This document shows positions 18,447 to 27,499 of a DNA stretch of 64,000 nucleotides, in pieces. The stretch lies in contig CAWGBN010000006.1 in NCBI GenBank assembly GCA_963820825.1, positions 192,001 to 256,000 of the forward strand. Reading direction: 5' to 3'. The notes below the pieces were generated by a model. It was not told where the DNA came from. It made no database searches and saw nothing but the letters and a program-made list of their open reading frames with translations. The first letter of the stretch is position 1; each line of letters opens with the position of its first letter. Origin of the DNA: Vulcanimicrobiota bacterium (GTDB lineage Bacteria; Vulcanimicrobiota; Vulcanimicrobiia; Vulcanimicrobiales; Vulcanimicrobiaceae). A program made the translations under genes and the position numbers.

Positions 18447-19843
18447 TTCGTTTCTCCTGCGCGTTGCAACGCGGCGGTATCGAGATACTGCTCGAGGAGC
18501 TCGAGCAGCAACGACCGCTCGTTACGTTCGGGTTCATCGGTGACCTGCTCGAAAAGCCAGCGCAACGCCGCACCGATGCGCTCGTCGCCGTTGAAATCGG
18601 TAGGAGCTTCGCCGCGTGCAACGAGCGTGGCGATGACGTCATCGCCGCTGACCGCAAGCTCGCGGATCGAAAAGGCCGGCTTACGCGCGAGTTCGTCGCG
18701 GACGCGCGCCTCGAAGGCCTCGTTGGAACCGTCGCGCTTCGGCAGACCGCTGCCAGCGATGTCCGCGTGCCGAATATCGAACAAGTGTTCGATATTCTCC
18801 GGTCCCACGCGTTGGATGAAGCGACGGAGCGCTGCGTCGCTTAATCCCGGATCGGCCGAGTACATGTGCTGACGAACCAGGTGCTCGGTTGCTTTAACGA
18901 TCTCGTTCGAGAAGCGGAAGCGCTCGAGCATCGCGCGCGCCATCTCGGAGCCCACGATCTCGTGGCGATAGAAGTGTGGTCCCGCCTTCGTGCGGGGCTT
19001 GCCGACGTCGTGCAGGAGCGCCGCGAGCCGGACGGCGAGCGCTCCGGAAGGAGCGGCGTCGAGGGTAGCCAGGCTATGCCGCCAGACGTCGTAGGCGTGC
19101 CACTCGTTCTGCTCGACCCCGACCCCTTCGACGAGCTCGGGCCAGAGATGGACCAGCACCCCGGTCTGCTCGAGCAGCAGCAAGCCGATCGATGGCCTCT
19201 TAGCTTGAAAGAGCTTCACCAGCTCGTCGTGGACTCGCTCAGCCGAGACGCTCGCGACCAGGGGCGCCGCCTCGCGCATCGCCTGCGCAAGGTCCGGCGT
19301 GACCTCGTATTCGAACCGGGCGGCAAACTGCGCGGCCCGCAGCATCCGCAGCGGATCGTCGCGAAAGGCCGCCGGCGTCAAGATGTCGATACGGCGCGCG
19401 CGGATATCCGCCTCGCCGCCGTACGGGTCGACGAGCCGGCCCGACGGAATCGCCCGGGCGAGCATATTCATGCGGAAGTCGCGCCGGCCGAGATCCTCGT
19501 CGAGGGTGACCTCGGGTCCGCTCTCGACGGCAAAATCGCGATGACCGAGGCCGGTCGAACGCTCCCGCCGCGGCATCGCGACGTCGACGGTCTGGCCGTC
19601 GAGGGTCAACTTGAGGACGGAGAAGGAGGCGCCGACCACGTCGACCCGCCCGATCTCGCGCAACCGTCCGATGAGATCGTCGAGCGGCAAGCCGACCACG
19701 ACGTAGTCCCAGTCGACCGCCGGTGCTTCGACGCCCTCGAGCTCGGCCCGGATCTCGTCGCGAACGCGGCCGCCGACGGCATAGAGGCGGCCGTCGGGGA
19801 GCGCTTCTGCCAGACGCGCGTCAATTGGCGATAGTCGCTGCAT
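18443..19843 (-). CDS. cca: CCA-adding tRNA nucleotidyltransferase with HD domain
   Basis: YAVGGRVRD, DWD, DLGRRDF, DDPLRMLRAAQF, LLHDVGKP. CCA versus CC- or A-adding specificity not resolved. Confidence 0.85.
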   Translation of the reverse strand: MQRLSPIDARLAEALPDGRLYAVGGRVRDEIRAELEGVEAPAVDWDYVVVGLPLDDLIGRLREIGRVDVVGASFSVLKLTLDGQTVDVAMPRRERSTGLGHRDFAVESGPEVTLDEDLGRRDFRMNMLARAIPSGRLVDPYGGEADIRARRIDILTPAAFRDDPLRMLRAAQFAARFEYEVTPDLAQAMREAAPLVASVSAERVHDELVKLFQAKRPSIGLLLLEQTGVLVHLWPELVEGVGVEQNEWHAYDVWRHSLATLDAAPSGALAVRLAALLHDVGKPRTKAGPHFYRHEIVGSEMARAMLERFRFSNEIVKATEHLVRQHMYSADPGLSDAALRRFIQRVGPENIEHLFDIRHADIAGSGLPKRDGSNEAFEARVRDELARKPAFSIRELAVSGDDVIATLVARGEAPTDFNGDERIGAALRWLFEQVTDEPERNERSLLLELLEQYLDTAALQRAGETN

Positions 19844-19851
19844 GCGGTCTC

Positions 19852-19857
19852 ATCGTA
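19852..19857 (-). promoter_or_regulatory. -10 element of the putative cca-parA-parB promoter
   Basis: TACGAT 8 nt upstream of the cca ATG, no SD. Confidence 0.45.
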
Positions 19858-19868
19858 CCGCACCGAAT

Positions 19869-19884
19869 TGTTTCACGGTAAACA
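19869..19884. promoter_or_regulatory. parS-like site 1
   Basis: TGTTTCACGGTAAACA, 14/16 to consensus TGTTTCACGTGAAACA, next to parAB. Confidence 0.75.
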
Positions 19885-20231
19885 TTTCGGCAAGTATCGC
19901 TGCGCGCCACGTACGCTTCGGGGTAGGCTTGGTTTAGTGAGCAAGCAATTTAGCCCTGGCCCGAGCCTGTTCACCGTAGTCGTCCTTGGCTTGCGGGATC
20001 CACGCTACTGAGCGCCGGCTTTCTCATCGCAGCCTACGGAAGAGGCGCTTGGTTTGGAATCGGCCTTACGATGCTCTTGTTTGGCTTCTTGCTATTCCTT
20101 GCGGCGATTATAACGCTGCTCGCCTTGCCGTGAGCCTGTTTAGGAGCTAGGCGATGCGGACGCCGATCCTATCGCGGGAGCTGAAATACGCGTTCGTGAC
20201 CTGTGCGAGTTCGCCGGCACAACCACTGCGC

Positions 20232-20247
20232 TGTTTCACGGTAAACA
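20232..20247. promoter_or_regulatory. parS-like site 2
   Basis: Identical copy of site 1, with shared downstream TTTCGG. Confidence 0.75.
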
Positions 20248-20262
20248 TTTCGGTAATGCCCG

Positions 20263-20946
20263 TCAGGAGCAGAGCGGGCGCTTTGCCGGGATGCCGCTCC
20301 GGCGCGGGAATCGCGCGGAGGTCGGGGTGCGCTTTCGGAGCAGAACGAGCCGGCGGTTCCCTTCGAGCGGGACCTGCGCCTCAAGCGTTCCGCCCAGCAT
20401 CAGCGACGCATCCTCGAGAGCGATCTCCTCGTCGGCAGCGAGGATCCCCCGCTGCAAGACCGCGACTCCGCCCAGTTCCAAAAAGGGCAGCACGAGCTCG
20501 GCGAGGGTCGGCGCGCCGCCGAGCGCGCGCGCCGTCGCGACAGAGAAACCTTCGCGCAGGTCGGGACGGTGCGCCGCGGTCTCGGCCCGTTCGGCGACGA
20601 CCCGGCCGGCCAGGTTCAGTTCTTCGAGCAGCGACTCCAGGAATCGCGCCTTCTTCGCGGTCGCCTCGACGAGCGTGACGCCGAATCCGGTTGCAATCGC
20701 TATCGGGATCCCCGGCAGGCCGGCTCCCGAGCCGACGTCGAGATAGGGCTCGCGGACGAATGGGAGGACGGTCAGGCTATCGAGCAGATGCTCCGCGAGC
20801 TCGCCGGCGCTCTTCGCTCCGGTCACGTTGAAGCGGCGGTTCGCCGCGAGGACGAGCTCGCCGTAGCGCGCGAGCCGGCCCCGGAGGTTCGAGGCGACGC
20901 CGCCCCGCTCGAGCAGCGCTTCGAGCTGCGATGCCTCGGCGGTCAA
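20263..20946 (-). CDS. rsmG: 16S rRNA m7G527 methyltransferase
   Basis: NRRFNVT, HLLDSL, LDVGSGAGLPGIP, RAE, ARA, FPRRSGIPAKRPL; follows mnmG. Confidence 0.95.
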   Translation of the reverse strand: MTAEASQLEALLERGGVASNLRGRLARYGELVLAANRRFNVTGAKSAGELAEHLLDSLTVLPFVREPYLDVGSGAGLPGIPIAIATGFGVTLVEATAKKARFLESLLEELNLAGRVVAERAETAAHRPDLREGFSVATARALGGAPTLAELVLPFLELGGVAVLQRGILAADEEIALEDASLMLGGTLEAQVPLEGNRRLVLLRKRTPTSARFPRRSGIPAKRPLCS

Positions 20947-20948
20947 GC

Positions 20949-22805
20949 TCAGGCGCCGGAAGCGGCTTCGCGCCTCTGCTTGTGGACGTAGAGGGCGACG
21001 ATCGCGACGTCGGAGGGCGTGATCCCGGAGATTCGCGAGGCGATGCCGAGCGTTCGAGGGCGCCGGCTCGCGAACTTCTCGCGCGCTTCGCGCGAGAGCG
21101 CCCGAATCGATTCGTAATCGAATTCCATGGGAATCTCGACCTGCTCGGTCCGGGCGGCTCTCTCGATGGCGAGCTCCTCGCGCCGCACGTACCCTTCGCA
21201 CTTGAGCTCGATCGCGAGCCGCTCGCCGATCTCCGCGGGGAGCGGCGGGGCGAAATGCTCGGCGACGTCGGGGTAGCCGAGCTGCGGGCGGCGCAACGCA
21301 TCGGCCAGCGTGCTCCCAGGCTCGAATCGCTCGCCGCCGGCGGCGGCGCCCGAAAGGCGCGTGCGCTCGGCTTGCGTGCGTGCGTTGCGAAGCGCCGCGC
21401 GGCGTTCTTCGAAGGCCTCCCAGGCATCGTCGGCAACGACCCCGATCGAGCGGCCGATCGGGGTGAGTCGCAGATCGGCATTGTCGTGGCGCAGGACGAT
21501 GCGGTGCTCCGCGCGCGAGGTCAGCATCCGGTACGGTTCGTCGACGCCTTTGGTAACCAGATCGTCGACGAGCACGCCGATATAGGCCTGCGCGCGCGAG
21601 AGGCGAAGCGGTTCCTCCCCGCGCGCGGCGCGTGCCGCATTGATTCCGGCGAGCAAGCCTTGCGCCGCGGCCTCTTCGTATCCCGAGGTGCCGTTGAGCT
21701 GGCCGCAGTGGTAGAGCCCGGCGATGCGACGCGTCTCGAGCGTCTCGTGCAGCTCGGTGGGCGGTACCATGTCGTATTCGACGGCATAACCGGCGCGCAG
21801 CATGACGCAGGCCTCGAGTCCCGGCAGCGTCTGAAGCATTGCGAGTTGGATCTCGGCCGGAAGCGACGTCGAAAAGCCGCCGACGTAGAGCGTCGGCTCG
21901 TCCCAGCCCTCCGGCTCGATGAAGATCTGGTGGGTCGGATTGTGTGCGAACTTGACGACCTTATCTTCGATCGAGGGACAGTAGCGCGGACCGATCCCCC
22001 GAATTAAATCGAGCCCGTAAAGCGGCGAACGATGCAGATTCTCGGCGACGAGGGCGTGGGTTCGGGCGTTGGTCTCGGTGAGGTAACAGGGAAGCTGCGG
22101 GCCGGCGAAGCGCGACGGGCTCGTGTAGGAGAAGAGCAGCGGCTCGGAACTAGGCGGCTGAGCGCGCATCGCGCCGTAATCGACGCTCGTCTTGTCGATG
22201 CGCGGCGGCGTTCCGGTCTTGAGCCTGGCAGTTGGAAATCCCAAGCGGCGCAGCGCGGCCGATAAGCCGATCGCGGGGGCTTCGCCAAAGCGCCCCTCGG
22301 CGCGCACGAGCTCGCCTTGGAAGGACTTCCCTCCTAAAAAGGTGCCGGTGGCCAACACGACGCTCCTCGAGCGCAGGCGCGCGCCGTCGGCGCAGCGGAG
22401 GCCGCGAACGGCCCCGCCTTCGACGATGAGATCTTCGGCAAGCCCTTGGACGATGGTCAGATTCGGCTGCGCGCGCAGCATCGCGAGCGCTTCGCTCGCG
22501 TACGACGGTTTGTCCATCTGCTGGCGCAGCGCGCGTACTGCCGGGCCTTTGCTTTCGTTCAAGAATCGAGCGTGGAGGCTACAGCGGTCGGCGATTCTCG
22601 CCATCGCGCCGCCGAGCGCATCGATTTCGCGTACGAGTTGCCCTTTTGCGCTGCCGCCGATCGACGGATTGCAGGGCAGCGTGCAGATCTTTGCCGGATC
22701 GCCGGTAACGAGCAGCGTCGGTACGCCCAGACGTGCCGACGCAAGTGCGGCTTCGACGCCGGCATGACCGCCGCCGACGACGATCGTGCCGGCGTCGTCG
22801 CTCAC
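20949..22805 (-). CDS. mnmG: tRNA uridine 5-carboxymethylaminomethyl modification enzyme MnmG/GidA
   Basis: [54 protein letters not shown]. Confidence 0.98.
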   Translation of the reverse strand: MSDDAGTIVVGGGHAGVEAALASARLGVPTLLVTGDPAKICTLPCNPSIGGSAKGQLVREIDALGGAMARIADRCSLHARFLNESKGPAVRALRQQMDKPSYASEALAMLRAQPNLTIVQGLAEDLIVEGGAVRGLRCADGARLRSRSVVLATGTFLGGKSFQGELVRAEGRFGEAPAIGLSAALRRLGFPTARLKTGTPPRIDKTSVDYGAMRAQPPSSEPLLFSYTSPSRFAGPQLPCYLTETNARTHALVAENLHRSPLYGLDLIRGIGPRYCPSIEDKVVKFAHNPTHQIFIEPEGWDEPTLYVGGFSTSLPAEIQLAMLQTLPGLEACVMLRAGYAVEYDMVPPTELHETLETRRIAGLYHCGQLNGTSGYEEAAAQGLLAGINAARAARGEEPLRLSRAQAYIGVLVDDLVTKGVDEPYRMLTSRAEHRIVLRHDNADLRLTPIGRSIGVVADDAWEAFEERRAALRNARTQAERTRLSGAAAGGERFEPGSTLADALRRPQLGYPDVAEHFAPPLPAEIGERLAIELKCEGYVRREELAIERAARTEQVEIPMEFDYESIRALSREAREKFASRRPRTLGIASRISGITPSDVAIVALYVHKQRREAASGA

Positions 22806-22806
22806 G

Positions 22807-23391
22807 TCAGGTCGTCGCCGGCGATTGCGCGTGACTGCGCAAGCGCAGCGCGAAGCCGATCATGATCGAGCCGAAGACGATCGCGTAGGCGGCGATGAGC
22901 CAGATGACCGCGAGCATGCCGGCGAGTGGAAACCAGACCATCAGCACGCCGAATGCAATCGAGGCCACGCCGCCGATGATCAGCCAGATTTCGTTCGAGA
23001 TATGCTTGCGCAACTGGATTGCGGCAACGATCTCGAGGATTCCGGTGAGAAACGCCCAGGCCGCGATCGTAAAGTAGAGCGCTAAGAGCGTGATCCGAAC
23101 GTCGTAGAAAGTAATCGCCGCGATCAAAAGGCCGACGATTCCCTCGACCAAAAACGGCCACCACCGCTGGTGCGTTTCGGCCGCGCGAATCGTCGCGTAG
23201 ATCGCGAAGATCCCGTCGACGAATGCGTACGCCCCGAAGAGAATCGCGATCGTCACCCACGTCGCCGCGGGCCAGATCCACGCCAGGACGCCGAAGACGA
23301 TCGCGGCGATCCCGCGGATGAGCCACATCCACCAGTTACGCGTCAGCGTTGCGACCATCGGGTGCATCGGCGCCGCGCTACTGGAGAACAT
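22807..23391 (-). CDS. HdeD/DUF308 family membrane protein
   Basis: [18 protein letters not shown]; repeated GxxxxxxG TM pattern, about six TMs. Confidence 0.85.
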   Translation of the reverse strand: MFSSSAAPMHPMVATLTRNWWMWLIRGIAAIVFGVLAWIWPAATWVTIAILFGAYAFVDGIFAIYATIRAAETHQRWWPFLVEGIVGLLIAAITFYDVRITLLALYFTIAAWAFLTGILEIVAAIQLRKHISNEIWLIIGGVASIAFGVLMVWFPLAGMLAVIWLIAAYAIVFGSIMIGFALRLRSHAQSPATT

Positions 23392-23743
23392 TCCCGTTCT
23401 CCAAGTAGACTCGTTGGACCGTGCAGCGCTTCGGCGTCGGACCCTGCCAGGGCTGGCCTGTGAGCGAGTTGGTTAGATTGTGATTGATCTGCGAGCCGCG
23501 CGAAAACGTCCCTTTGTCGATGAGGACGTACTTCTGCTTGTTGTAGTTGACCATGAAGTCGACTTCGGTCGCGGGAGAGTCGTGCGTGTTGTAATAGACG
23601 ACGTTGATGCCGTTGGTCGTGTTGTTTCCGTTGGAGTTGACGACGCAACTCACGATATTGACGCCGAAATTCGATACGTTCTTCGCCGCCGCCGGGGCGG
23701 CGATGGCGCAGAGCGCAATGCAGGCCAAGAGTGCTCGTTTCAT
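23378..23743 (-). CDS. Secreted hypothetical protein (Asn-rich, two Cys)
   Basis: SD TAAGGAGG; signal peptide MKRALLACIALCAIAAPAAA; DKGTFS motif. Confidence 0.75.
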   Translation of the reverse strand: MKRALLACIALCAIAAPAAAKNVSNFGVNIVSCVVNSNGNNTTNGINVVYYNTHDSPATEVDFMVNYNKQKYVLIDKGTFSRGSQINHNLTNSLTGQPWQGPTPKRCTVQRVYLENGNVLQ

Positions 23744-23757
23744 GCTAGGCAGCCTCC

Positions 23758-25110
23758 TTATTTTCCGATGCAAAATCGCGAAAAAATTCCATCGATGACC
23801 TCTTCGGCGGCTACCTGCTCGCTTACATGCCCGAGCGCCGAAAATGCGCGCTGCAGTTCGGTCGTCACAAAATCGAGAGGCTCGCGCGAGCGCAAGGTCT
23901 CACACGCGCGTTGGAGCGCATCGATCGCCGCGTTTACCGCATCGAACTCGTGCAGCGCCGTGAGATGCGGGCGCGTTGCGTCGACCTCCTCACCGCCCCA
24001 TCCGATCCGGGCGATTGCCGCGCGCAGGGCGTCGAGCGTCGAGGCGCGCTGGACGCTCCCCACCACCGCATCGGCGTACTCGCGCGCGCCGCGCGTGCCG
24101 AGGTCGGCTTTGTTGAAGAAAACGATGCGTTCGCGCTCTCGCGTTCGATCGAGCAGCGCGAGGGCGTCGTCTCCCAGCGGCTGCGAGCCGTCGATAACGA
24201 GCAGCGCCACGCGGGCCGAGGCCAAGGCGCGATCGGTGCGCTCGATGCCGAGGGCCTCGAGCCGGTCGGCGTGAGCCCGAATTCCGGCGGTATCGATCAG
24301 CCGCACCGGTACGCCGCCGATGGCGATACTCTCCTCGATCGTGTCGCGGGTCGTCCCGGGCAGCTCCGAAACGATCGCGCGCTCGGCGCCGAGCAGCGCG
24401 TTGAGCAGCGAGGACTTGCCGGCATTCGGGGGGCCGACGATGGCGACCGGCAGCCCTTCGCGCACGAGGCGGCCGACCTCGCCGTCGCGGCGCAGCCGTT
24501 CGAGTTCAGAAAGAATTGGGGCGAGCCGTGCGGCGAGCGACTCGCGGTCCGGCTCGGGAACCTCATCGGGAAAGTCGATCGTGCCGGCGAGCTCTTCGAG
24601 GATCACCGCCAGATCGTTGCGCAGCTCCCGCACCCGCTTGGCCAGCGCGCCGTCGAAATTGGCCAACGCCGCGCGCGCGGCCGCGCGCGTCTCGGCGTCG
24701 ATGACGTCGGCGACTGCGGCCGCGGCGTGCAAGTCGATCTTGCCGTTGAAGAATGCCCGGCGGGTGAACTCGCCGGGCTGCGCGAGGCGCGCTCCGCAGG
24801 CCAGCATCGCGCGCACGAGCTCGCGGGCCACCACCGGCGAGCCGTGGACGTGCAGCTCGAGCATATCCTCGCCGGTGTAACTCTGCGGCGCCTCAAAGAG
24901 AATCGCGAGTCCGGCATCGAGCGGCTCGCCGCGCTCGTCGAGAATCGTCGCGCGGGTCGCGACGCGCGCGTGCAACGGATGATTCGTTCGAATTAAACGG
25001 CGCGCGAGCTCGGGCACCGCCGGCCCGCTCGCGCGCACGATGGAGATCGCACCCTTTCCCGGCGGCGTCGCGATCGCCGCAATGGTCTCGGTTGCCGCTG
25101 GGCGGCTCAA
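23758..25110 (-). CDS. mnmE: tRNA modification GTPase MnmE/TrmE
   Basis: TIAAIATPPG, SYTGED, GEFTRRAF, GPPNAGKSS, GTTRD, DTAG, NKAD, FCIGK. Confidence 0.98.
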   Translation of the reverse strand: MSRPAATETIAAIATPPGKGAISIVRASGPAVPELARRLIRTNHPLHARVATRATILDERGEPLDAGLAILFEAPQSYTGEDMLELHVHGSPVVARELVRAMLACGARLAQPGEFTRRAFFNGKIDLHAAAAVADVIDAETRAAARAALANFDGALAKRVRELRNDLAVILEELAGTIDFPDEVPEPDRESLAARLAPILSELERLRRDGEVGRLVREGLPVAIVGPPNAGKSSLLNALLGAERAIVSELPGTTRDTIEESIAIGGVPVRLIDTAGIRAHADRLEALGIERTDRALASARVALLVIDGSQPLGDDALALLDRTRERERIVFFNKADLGTRGAREYADAVVGSVQRASTLDALRAAIARIGWGGEEVDATRPHLTALHEFDAVNAAIDALQRACETLRSREPLDFVTTELQRAFSALGHVSEQVAAEEVIDGIFSRFCIGK

Positions 25111-25733
25111 TCCCGCGGGAAGATGACGACTCGCCGCTCGGGCTCCTCTCCTTCGGATTCGGTGCGTACGAGTTCCGAGCTCGCCAGGGCGAGATGGACG
25201 ATCTTGCGTTCCGAGGGAAGCATCGGTTCGAGCTTCTGCGGCTTGCGCTCGCGCACGCATCGATCGAGCGTCGCGAGTGCGAGACTCTTGAGCTGATCGG
25301 CGCGATGCGCGCGGTAACCCTCGGCATCGATCGTATAGTAGCGGCGGTTGTTGCGCACGCCGGCATTGAACGAGTTGTTGAAAATGAGATTGAGCGCTTC
25401 GAGCGTGTTGCCGTGGCGCCCGATCAACATGGCCAGATGGGGACCGGTGACCTCGAGGTACTCCCCCTCGGTCCGATTGACGTAGCCGATCTCGACGGGT
25501 CCGATACCCATGCGCATCAGAATCTCCCGCAGCAGATCGCTTGCGGGCTTGGCGTCCTCTGGAATCTCACCAACCTCGCGTACTTCGGAGTTTCCGCGGC
25601 GCGGCTCGCGCCGGCGGCGCATTCCGCCCCCGCGTCCGCCGCCCGGCCGCCCGCCTCCCGGCCGGCCGCCGATGGTGCGATCCCGCACGTCGGCGGGCTG
25701 TTCTTCGAACTCGAAATCGTCTTCGTAGAGCAT
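25107..25733 (-). CDS. jag: Jag/EloR (KhpB) RNA-binding protein, KH plus R3H
   Basis: LIGRHGNTLEAL KH motif, ERKIVH R3H, SEGEEPERRVVI; located between yidC and mnmE. Confidence 0.92.
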   Translation of the reverse strand: MLYEDDFEFEEQPADVRDRTIGGRPGGGRPGGGRGGGMRRRREPRRGNSEVREVGEIPEDAKPASDLLREILMRMGIGPVEIGYVNRTEGEYLEVTGPHLAMLIGRHGNTLEALNLIFNNSFNAGVRNNRRYYTIDAEGYRAHRADQLKSLALATLDRCVRERKPQKLEPMLPSERKIVHLALASSELVRTESEGEEPERRVVIFPRD

Positions 25734-25746
25734 CTATCGACCCTTA

Positions 25747-26616
25747 TTAACGCTTATTGCGGCGCTTCGAGCGGCCCGACTGCGGCGGCTTCGGCTTCGC
25801 GACGCCGTTGTTGCTGGGCGAGGCTTTCGTCAGCGCCTTTGGTGATGAACCGCCCGGCCCCGTCTCGGTGAGCACGTGCTCGCTGTCGATCAACGCGAGC
25901 GGCTGATGGTAGCGGCGCAGCAAATAGAACTGCTGCCCCATCGTAAAGATATTGTACGCGAACCAGTAGAGCACCATCGCCGACGGCCAGCCGTATCGCC
26001 ATCCGAGAAAGCCGAGCATGACGGGCGAGATGACCGCCATCATCCGCTGCGTCTGCGCCTGCTGCGGATCGGTCGCCGGCATGCTGACGTAACGAACGCT
26101 CAAATACATCGAGAGCGCATAGAAGAGAATCAAGATCAAGTCCGGCATCGCGAGGCTTGCGGCGAGCAGCGGCTTGCCGAAGATGACCGGAACCGAGACC
26201 GATTTCGAGATGGCGCTGCCGATCCAGAACCAGCTCTGGTTCGAGAAGAGCGACTTGTGGTTGAGGACGACGTAGTAGACGCTGATGATCACCGGGTACT
26301 GAACGAGCATCGGCCAGCACCCGGCGAACGGATTGACGTTGTGCTGTTTGTAGAGCGTCATCGTCTCGGCTTGGAGGCGCTGCTTATCGTCCTTGTAGCG
26401 TTCTTGCAGCTTTTTGAGCTGCGGTCCCACCTTCTGCATCGCGAGAAACGACTTGAACTGCAGCGTGTTGAGCGGCCAGAAGAGCAGGCGAATGAGCGCC
26501 GCGAGAATGATGAGGCTCCAGCCGAGGTTGTGAATCGGCTTGTCGATCGTGAGAACGACCGACGAGAGAAAGTCGACGATCGGCTGCAGCCACGACGCGG
26601 CAAGAATCAGATGCAA
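25747..26616 (-). CDS. yidC: Membrane protein insertase YidC (short, Gram-positive-like)
   Basis: [37 protein letters not shown]. Confidence 0.95.
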   Translation of the reverse strand: MHLILAASWLQPIVDFLSSVVLTIDKPIHNLGWSLIILAALIRLLFWPLNTLQFKSFLAMQKVGPQLKKLQERYKDDKQRLQAETMTLYKQHNVNPFAGCWPMLVQYPVIISVYYVVLNHKSLFSNQSWFWIGSAISKSVSVPVIFGKPLLAASLAMPDLILILFYALSMYLSVRYVSMPATDPQQAQTQRMMAVISPVMLGFLGWRYGWPSAMVLYWFAYNIFTMGQQFYLLRRYHQPLALIDSEHVLTETGPGGSSPKALTKASPSNNGVAKPKPPQSGRSKRRNKR

Positions 26617-26858
26617 GAGTGGGTTCCTTTACGAGGTGCGCTCCTCGGCGCGGGAACGAGGTCGACGCCGCCGGGATTCCAAGGATGGCAGCGAGCGAGG
26701 CGCGCGGCGGCCAGCCAGACCCCTCGGATGGGACCGTGATCGCGGATCGCGACGAGCGCGTACTGGGAGCAGGACGGATAAAAACGGCACGACGGCGGCA
26801 AGAGGGGAGAGAGAAGGAGTTGGTAGAGCCGGATCAGACCGGCGAAGAGCAGCCGCAT
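26607..26858 (-). CDS. yidD: Membrane protein insertion efficiency factor YidD
   Basis: [25 protein letters not shown]. Confidence 0.95.
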   Translation of the reverse strand: MRLLFAGLIRLYQLLLSPLLPPSCRFYPSCSQYALVAIRDHGPIRGVWLAAARLARCHPWNPGGVDLVPAPRSAPRKGTHSCI

Positions 26859-26865
26859 CGAGCGG

Positions 26866-27192
26866 TCAGGCTCGTTCGAGGGCCGAGCCGACCTCGGCTC
26901 GGAGAACGGCGAAGCCCGCCTCGGCCGCCCCGGGGCGCGCAACGACGAGCAGGCGCATCGAGGCGTGCTGCCCGAGCGCTTCATCGACGATAGCCGCCAG
27001 GCGGCGGCGGAGCTTATTGCGGATGACGGCCTTTCCGATCGACTTGCTGACCGTGATCCCAACCAGCGACGTGGGGTCGCTCGGAAGCGGATCACTGCGA
27101 TAAATGACGAGGCTTTTGGTCGATACGCGCTTCCCTCGCCGGCGCAAGCGGGCAAAGTCCGCTTGGCGGTTCAAGCTCGCGAAGCGGCGCAT
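26866..27192 (-). CDS. rnpA: Ribonuclease P protein component
   Basis: [21 protein letters not shown] (RNR motif). Confidence 0.95.
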   Translation of the reverse strand: MRRFASLNRQADFARLRRRGKRVSTKSLVIYRSDPLPSDPTSLVGITVSKSIGKAVIRNKLRRRLAAIVDEALGQHASMRLLVVARPGAAEAGFAVLRAEVGSALERA

Positions 27193-27326
27193 CAGACCGT
27201 CAGACGATGACGTCCCTTCTTCCGGCGGCGTGCGAGGACCTTACGTCCCGCCTTGGTTTGCATACGTTCGAGGAAGCCGTGCACGCGTTTGCGGCGTCGA
27301 TTATGCGGCTGATACGTCCGCTTCAT
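27192..27326 (-). CDS. rpmH: 50S ribosomal protein L34 (44 aa; not in ORF track)
   Basis: [49 protein letters not shown] overlap with rnpA. Confidence 0.98.
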   Translation of the reverse strand: MKRTYQPHNRRRKRVHGFLERMQTKAGRKVLARRRKKGRHRLTV

Positions 27327-27381
27327 AAAGTCCCTTTAGACAAAAGAGTAAGCCCTGCACCTTCGTGGCAGACAGCCCCTG

Positions 27382-27411
27382 ATTATAGCCAGCGGGCCGT
27401 CGGGGGCGCAA
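27382..27411 (-). promoter_or_regulatory. sigma70-type promoter of the rpmH operon
   Basis: TTGCGC, 18 nt, TATAAT on the minus strand. Confidence 0.6.
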
Positions 27412-27499
27412 GCACCCCGCGCGGAAGGCGCCTAGAATACGAAGGCGGGGATGCGCCCGGAGGTCGCCGTAACTTGCTGAAGTTTTGAGCGTTTCGAGT

